Assembly: GCA_046052125.1 (NCBI GenBank)
Contig: JBJOMY010000004.1
Coordinates: forward strand, 1 to 64,000
DNA: 64,000 nucleotides
Direction of reading: 5' to 3'
Source: Cyanobacteriota bacterium
GTDB taxonomy: Bacteria; Cyanobacteriota; Cyanobacteriia; PCC-6307; Cyanobiaceae
Under the pieces are notes generated by a model, which did no database searches, was not told where the DNA came from, and worked only from the letters and a program-made list of their open reading frames with translations. The position numbers were made by a program, and so were the translations under genes. Of this stretch, positions 58,655-64,000 are shown piece by piece (the stretch's first letter is position 1; each line of letters starts with the position of its first letter).

Positions 58655-61600
58655 TCAGGCCGTGGGATTGAGGGCTGCGTTGCCGCCGTACACGGCAGCT
58701 GTGCGGTTCACGGTGCTGAGGGGGATGCCGTCGCTGGTGGCCATGCCCTTCAGATAGGGCACGGTGTCGCGGCCAAAGCTGCTGGCGTACTCGGCTGAAT
58801 TGAGCACACCCTCAATGGCACTGCGCAAACCCTGATCGCAGCGGGTGGCCAGGAAGCGGCTGGTTTCAGCGGGTTGAGCCGCACGTCCAAGCAGCGCCAG
58901 GTAGGCCGCCGCCGCCGCCTTGAAGGGGGTCATGCGGTTGAGGCGGCTTACGAACAGATCGCTGCCTGCCACGCGCCCCACAAACTCCGCCACGCTCAGG
59001 CCGCCCTTGCGGAACTGGGATTCGGCATCACCCAGAGCTTCGGCTGCCAGCGGCTGGCGACCGAGCAGTTGGCGATACACCGCTTCGATGGCCTCGCCTA
59101 CTTCGGCGCTGCTGGGGCGCATCGAGAGCTTCACCACGCTGCCAAGGCTGCGGCGCTTGCTGAAGCCTTGCAGTGAGCCCGGCTTGAGGGCTTTGATCAT
59201 CGCCGCACCCGGTTGCTCGGCGCTCGCGCCGGCGCCACCGCTCGACACGGAGACGCTCCAGCTGCCACCGAGGCCCACCGAGGGTGTGCGGATGGTGCTG
59301 GGGGCCGGGGCAAAGCTGGTGGCACCAGCGCTCCAGGTGGGGGCTGCGCCGCCTCCGGGCTGCCAGCGGGGGGCGCTCCAGCTGCGGGTGGGAGCCGGTG
59401 CGGTCTGGATCGAGCCCGGGCCGCTGGTGCGGGAAGCGCTCGGCGCGAGGGTTTCACCGCCGGTGAGGGTGGCGCTCCAGCCGCCGCGGATCACCGCGGA
59501 GCGTCCAGCCAGGTTGCGCTCGGTGAGGCTGCCGGTGCCGCGGAAGTCAGCCGGAGGGGTGACTTCGGGGCGGATGCGGGGGGTGGTGTCGGCGTAGGCC
59601 GCTGCGTTGAAGGCACGCTTGAGGGCAGGGACCCGGCGCGTGTTCAGATCGGTTGGGGTGATGAAGCGCTCGTAGGGAACGGTGTCTTCCCCGAAGGCTT
59701 CCGAGTACTCCACGCTGTTGAGCATGGCGTCCACCACGCCGTAGAAACCCTTGCGGGCGGCCACGTCGAAGTAGGCATCGATCTCCCAGCGGCCGAAGGT
59801 GGGGCGGCCGAGCAGGCGGCGGTGCATCACCTCGATCGCTTTACAGATGTAAAGCCCGCTCCAGTAGCGGCGGCGGAACGCATCGCTGCGGGCCACCTGG
59901 CGCACAAACTCGCGCAGGCTCAGATCGCCGTTCTCGAGCTTGATCTCTTCAACCTTGTTCTGCTCACCGGCGTAGCCGGTGTTGCCGAGCACTTGCACGT
60001 ACACCGCCCGGATCACCGCCTGGGTGCTGGCCTCGGTGTTGCGGATGCTCGGTTGGCCTCCGCGGCGGGGCACAGAATTGCCGCCGGTGGCGATCTGCTG
60101 CAGACGCACCACCTTGGGCCCCAGCTTGCGCGGGGTGGAGGCCCGGAACTGCGGGCTGTTCATCTGGCCGGGCTGGCGCATGCCATTGCCCACCAGGATG
60201 CGGCGCGTGTCGTAGCGGATCGGCGCGGGGCGAGTGCCCACGTTCGCCGTGCCCGACGGGAAGATCGCGCCGTAGTTCAGGCCGAGGGGATCGTTGCCGC
60301 CGCCGTAGGGGTGCTGATCGGCGTAGGGCTGGCGGTAGCTGGCGTAGAGGGTGACGTATTGCGGTGCGCCCTCAAACGGTGCGCTGAAGCGGAACAGCTT
60401 GCGGTTGGAACCCCAGCCGGCGCTCTCCTGGGCTTCTTCGCCGATGTCGCGCAGGTAGGGAACGGTTTCCTCGCCGAACACCTGGGCGTATTCCATGCTG
60501 TTCACCAGCGAATCCACCAGGCCCTTCAGGCCCTGGGCGGACACGATGTCGAAGTAGCGGGTGAACTCCTCGCGGGAGCTGATGCCCCGACCGAGGAAGT
60601 GGCGGAAGGCCAGCTCCACCACGCGGCTGTTCACGAAGCGGCCGTAGAACTGCTGCTGATACTCCTTGCTGTGGCCCAGGGAGCGGATGAACTCCCGCAT
60701 CGAGATGTCGCCCTGGCGCACCTGGGTGGCTTCCACCGGGCAAGGCATCTGGCTGTAGGCCTTGGCAATGTCGCGCTCAAACACCTGGCGGTAGGCGGCG
60801 CGCACCACTTCGGCCTTCTGGGCGCCACTCATGCCCGGCTTCATGTTGAAGCGCTGGGCCTTGCCCTGGGCTGCGAGGGCGTAGATCGCCGGCAGCTGCA
60901 GACCCTGGTTTTCAGGGCTGCCCAGGCGCTGGCGCGGCGAGGGGGTGGGAACAGCGAGCTCCTCGAGCAGCACGTTGAAGCTGTCGATCAGCAGTTGGCG
61001 CGCTTCGGGAAGATCCTTGAGCAGCTCGGCCGCGCCGGCGCGCATTTCCTGCAGAGCCACGTTGGTGGCGGCCAGGGAGCAGCCCTTTTCAAGAACATCG
61101 CGCAGGCCGCGGGTGTTCACGCGCAGGATGCTCGGGTCGCCGGCCACAACGGCGTAACCCACGTAACGCAGGAACCAGGCCAGGTCGCGGATCGACTTCT
61201 TCATCCGCTCGGTGCCGTAGCGGGCCACCGAGATCGGGCTGAAACCGGTGGGCAGCACCACGCGCACATCGGCGTCGCCACCGGCGCCTTCGAGCAGGCG
61301 GCTGAAGGCATTGCCGCGCTTGCTAGCGCCGCTGGCGCCGGCAAAGGTTTGCACCGACTGCTGGAAGGCGACCTGGTCGGTGGCCAACGGTGTGGAACCG
61401 GCCGCCGCAACGGGCGTCAGCGGTGCGTCGAGATAGGAGAGCGGTGTGCCCCCGGCAAAGATGCGACTGGCCGCTCGGGCCACGATCGCCTCAGCGTTGG
61501 CGGAGACACGGCGCGCAGCCTCAACCCGCAGTTGACCGCTCTGGAAGAACGTCACCAGGGTGTTCAGCTCGCCGCCATCAAGGAAGCGGTCCTGCTGTTC

Positions 61601-61684
61601 CGCCTCGCGGACGCTGGAGAGCGGCAGGGTGTCGTAGCGCTGAGGAGCAACCCTGCTGCTGCCGCTGCTGGCGGTCACAGTCAT
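58655..61684 (-). CDS. apcE: Phycobilisome core-membrane linker LCM (three REP domains)
   Basis: MTVTASSGS start, PB domain with loop and chromophore Cys (KGCS), three AYRQ/VYVQ...FG.DTVPY repeats. Confidence 0.97.
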   Translation of the reverse strand: MTVTASSGSSRVAPQRYDTLPLSSVREAEQQDRFLDGGELNTLVTFFQSGQLRVEAARRVSANAEAIVARAASRIFAGGTPLSYLDAPLTPVAAAGSTPLATDQVAFQQSVQTFAGASGASKRGNAFSRLLEGAGGDADVRVVLPTGFSPISVARYGTERMKKSIRDLAWFLRYVGYAVVAGDPSILRVNTRGLRDVLEKGCSLAATNVALQEMRAGAAELLKDLPEARQLLIDSFNVLLEELAVPTPSPRQRLGSPENQGLQLPAIYALAAQGKAQRFNMKPGMSGAQKAEVVRAAYRQVFERDIAKAYSQMPCPVEATQVRQGDISMREFIRSLGHSKEYQQQFYGRFVNSRVVELAFRHFLGRGISSREEFTRYFDIVSAQGLKGLVDSLVNSMEYAQVFGEETVPYLRDIGEEAQESAGWGSNRKLFRFSAPFEGAPQYVTLYASYRQPYADQHPYGGGNDPLGLNYGAIFPSGTANVGTRPAPIRYDTRRILVGNGMRQPGQMNSPQFRASTPRKLGPKVVRLQQIATGGNSVPRRGGQPSIRNTEASTQAVIRAVYVQVLGNTGYAGEQNKVEEIKLENGDLSLREFVRQVARSDAFRRRYWSGLYICKAIEVMHRRLLGRPTFGRWEIDAYFDVAARKGFYGVVDAMLNSVEYSEAFGEDTVPYERFITPTDLNTRRVPALKRAFNAAAYADTTPRIRPEVTPPADFRGTGSLTERNLAGRSAVIRGGWSATLTGGETLAPSASRTSGPGSIQTAPAPTRSWSAPRWQPGGGAAPTWSAGATSFAPAPSTIRTPSVGLGGSWSVSVSSGGAGASAEQPGAAMIKALKPGSLQGFSKRRSLGSVVKLSMRPSSAEVGEAIEAVYRQLLGRQPLAAEALGDAESQFRKGGLSVAEFVGRVAGSDLFVSRLNRMTPFKAAAAAYLALLGRAAQPAETSRFLATRCDQGLRSAIEGVLNSAEYASSFGRDTVPYLKGMATSDGIPLSTVNRTAAVYGGNAALNPTA

Positions 61685-61837
61685 GGAGGAGAGCGAACCG
61701 GGCCAAGGCACGTTACGGCTGGCCCTCTGGCCTCCCGGCTGCCCATGAACAAATGTTTGCAGCCGCTTCCGGTTCGCGTCTGCAACAGGGCCTGGGCCAT
61801 GAAAAGCTCGCCCGGTTGCAGCGCTGCCCCCTGCGCC

Positions 61838-63058
61838 ATGACCCAGGCCCCGGCCGATGCCGCCACTCCAGTGGTGAGCGCCTTCTACGACCGTTTCCCC
61901 TACCCCGGCGACCCGCTTCAAGACGGCCCGCCGCCTGGATACAACTGGCGATGGTGCGTGGACGCGGCCTATGCCGCCTGCACCGGGGCCAAGGCTCCAC
62001 AGCCAGCTGATGGTGCTCCCCTGCGCATCCTCGATGCCGGCTGCGGTACGGGTGTAAGCACCGACTACTTGGCCCATCTCAATCCGGGCGCCGAGATCCT
62101 GGCGGTGGATATCTCACCGGGCACCTTGGAGGTGGCCCGCGAGCGCCTGCGCCGCTCAGGCGGCCACGAGCAGGCCAGCGTGCGCATCGAAAACCGCAGC
62201 CTCCTGGAGCTTCAGGGTGAAGGTCCGTTCGACTACATCAACTCCGTTGGGGTGCTGCACCACCTCAGGCAGCCGGAAGCTGGCCTGAAAGCCCTGGCTG
62301 AGCTGCTCAAGCCCGGTGCGCTGCTTCATCTCTTTCTGTATGCCGATGGCGGCCGCTGGGAGATCCACCGCACCCAGCGGGCCCTCACGGCCATGGGAGT
62401 GGGCACGGGGGCGGATGGCCTGCGCCTCGGCCGCCAGCTGATGGCCGAGCTGCCCGGGCACAACCGCCTGCGCCGCCACCACGAGCAGCGCTGGGCGATC
62501 GATTGCGCGGCGGATGCCAACTTCGCCGATATGTACCTCCACCCGCAGGAGACCAGCTACAACCTCGAGCGCTTGATGGCCTTTGTGGCTTCAGCTGATC
62601 TGGAGTTTGCTGGGTTTTCCAATCCGCAGGTGTGGGATCCCTCCCGGCTTCTGCAGGGTGAGCTGCTGGAGCGGGCTCAGGCTCTGCCCCCAATGCAGCA
62701 ATGGCAGCTGGTGGAAGACCTGGATCCGGACATCAGCCATTTCGAGTTTTTCCTGGCGAAGCCTCCCTTGGTTCGCAGCAACTGGGAGCACAGGGCCGAT
62801 CTGCTGCGGGCCAGCGGCGTGCGCAACCGTTGCCTCTGGGGCTGGCCCGGTACCGCGCTGCTCGATTCCGATATGGCTCCGCTTGATCTGAGCAGCGATG
62901 GCCTGGCGCTTCTGCAGGCCCTGGAGGCGGCGCCGGCCGGAACGGCGATTGGTGCCTTGCCCCTGGGCTGGTCAGAGCAGCAGATCGCAACGGTGGCAAG
63001 GGAACTGATCGATCAACGGGTGCTGCTGCTTCAACCGAGCTGTAGCGCCCCTGCGTGA
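61838..63058 (+). CDS. Class I SAM-dependent methyltransferase
   Basis: FYDRFPYP, ILDAGCGTG, GVLHHL, D.YLHPQE; start ATG 61838. Confidence 0.88.
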   Translation: MTQAPADAATPVVSAFYDRFPYPGDPLQDGPPPGYNWRWCVDAAYAACTGAKAPQPADGAPLRILDAGCGTGVSTDYLAHLNPGAEILAVDISPGTLEVARERLRRSGGHEQASVRIENRSLLELQGEGPFDYINSVGVLHHLRQPEAGLKALAELLKPGALLHLFLYADGGRWEIHRTQRALTAMGVGTGADGLRLGRQLMAELPGHNRLRRHHEQRWAIDCAADANFADMYLHPQETSYNLERLMAFVASADLEFAGFSNPQVWDPSRLLQGELLERAQALPPMQQWQLVEDLDPDISHFEFFLAKPPLVRSNWEHRADLLRASGVRNRCLWGWPGTALLDSDMAPLDLSSDGLALLQALEAAPAGTAIGALPLGWSEQQIATVARELIDQRVLLLQPSCSAPA

Positions 63059-63570
63059 TAGATTCCGCGCGAATTTTCAGAGCGTCGGCGCCTTTGCCGG
63101 TCTTCACTCCGCTCCCGGACGACAAAGACTCCTCACAAGGAGCTGATGTGGTTCTGGAACTGGATGCCGAAGCCCCAGCCGAGTCCGAGCCGTCTCTGGA
63201 ACCGTCGTCATCCGGTGGACCTCTCGAGGCTGCTGTTGACGATTACGCGCGGCTACAGCAGCGCCTCATCTTGGCCACGTTGATCGTTTCCGCTCTCGCG
63301 GTGATGATCACGGCCCTTGTTTTCGATCCATTCATCGCCGGCTCCGTGCTGGTGGGCGCCCTTGCCGGCGTGCTTTATCTGCGGCTCCTCGCTCGCAGCG
63401 TTAGCAAGCTCGGCAATGGATCGAAAAAAGTGGGCAAGTTGCAGCTGCTCGTGCCTGTGGTGCTGGTCCTGGCGGCTGCCCGTCTCCCCCAGCTGGAGCT
63501 GTTACCAGCCATCCTCGGCTTCCTGCTCTACAAGCCGGCCCTGATTCTTCAGGCAGTGCTCGACTCCTGA
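63055..63570 (+). CDS. ATP synthase protein I (Atp1)
   Basis: Four TM helices, [16 protein letters not shown]; directly upstream of subunit a; start uncertain. Confidence 0.85.
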   Translation: MIDSARIFRASAPLPVFTPLPDDKDSSQGADVVLELDAEAPAESEPSLEPSSSGGPLEAAVDDYARLQQRLILATLIVSALAVMITALVFDPFIAGSVLVGALAGVLYLRLLARSVSKLGNGSKKVGKLQLLVPVVLVLAAARLPQLELLPAILGFLLYKPALILQAVLDS

Positions 63571-63622
63571 GCCCGCCTTTCCCCATAACCGTCGCCTTCG
63601 GCGACACCGAACGCTCAGCCCG

Positions 63623-64000
63623 ATGGGTTTCTTGCCATTCACGCTTCCCTTTGCCGAACTGGAGGTGGGTCAGCACCTCTACTGGCAACTGGGAAATCTC
63701 AAGATCCATGGCCAGGTCTTCCTGAGTTCCTGGGTCGTGATCGGTGCCCTGCTCGCTCTCGTGGTGGTTGGCACCCGCAAGATGGAGCGCGACCCCCGCG
63801 GTGTTCAGAACCTCCTGGAGTTTCTCTGGGATTACATCCGCGACATGGCTCGCGAACAGATCGGTGAAAAGGCCTACCGCGATTGGCTGCCCTTCATCGG
63901 CACCCTGTTCCTGTTCATCTTCGTGAGCAACTGGGGCGGCGCTCTGGTGCCCTGGAAGCTGATCCATCTCCCCAGTGGCGAGCTGGGCGCTCCCACGGCT
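63623..64000 (+). CDS. atpB: ATP synthase F0 subunit a (partial)
   Basis: [50 protein letters not shown]. Confidence 0.96.
   Translation, partial: MGFLPFTLPFAELEVGQHLYWQLGNLKIHGQVFLSSWVVIGALLALVVVGTRKMERDPRGVQNLLEFLWDYIRDMAREQIGEKAYRDWLPFIGTLFLFIFVSNWGGALVPWKLIHLPSGELGAPTA

Noticed and set aside
59213..61837. Apparent 1281-aa protein fused to the methyltransferase
   Set aside because: The first 875 codons are the antisense shadow of apcE; the real gene starts at ATG 61838

Overview
High-GC picocyanobacterial chromosome segment, inferred to be Cyanobium/Synechococcus-like from the split rpoB-rpoC1-rpoC2, apcEABC, hli genes and psbA. About 52 kb (12.4-64 kb) is core genome: rimP-nusA-ylxR-infB, hhoA-like protease, rpiA, hisD, rpsT, tatD, rpoBC1C2, hli-rlmN, ampG, DUF2997/ycf35/ferredoxin, rsmG, bioF-esterase-bioC-bioD without bioA, a Ski2-like helicase, rlmH, purB, tlyA, glnB, queF, ccsB-ccdA, ftsW, apcE-apcABC and the start of the ATP synthase operon, with a small HicAB insertion after rlmH. 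The first ~12.3 kb, between the psbA terminator and the 3' end of tRNA-Thr(CGT), looks like a layered accessory island. It holds an atypical RsmE paralog with a Zn-deaminase, a cluster of microproteins (two Nif11-like, an Hli, several unannotated single-TM sORFs), a GH63 hydrolase/MFS/DUF2252 module, three adjacent toxin-antitoxin loci and gene remnants. It also has four 12-bp repeats resembling integrase arm sites, a T-stem mismatch in the tRNA and a possible decayed att copy. The best candidate for an undescribed system is the GH63-MFS-DUF2252 (kinase-like) module, but its function is inference only. No CRISPR array, rRNA or intact transposase/integrase was seen. All family calls come from motif recognition by eye; no database searches were run.
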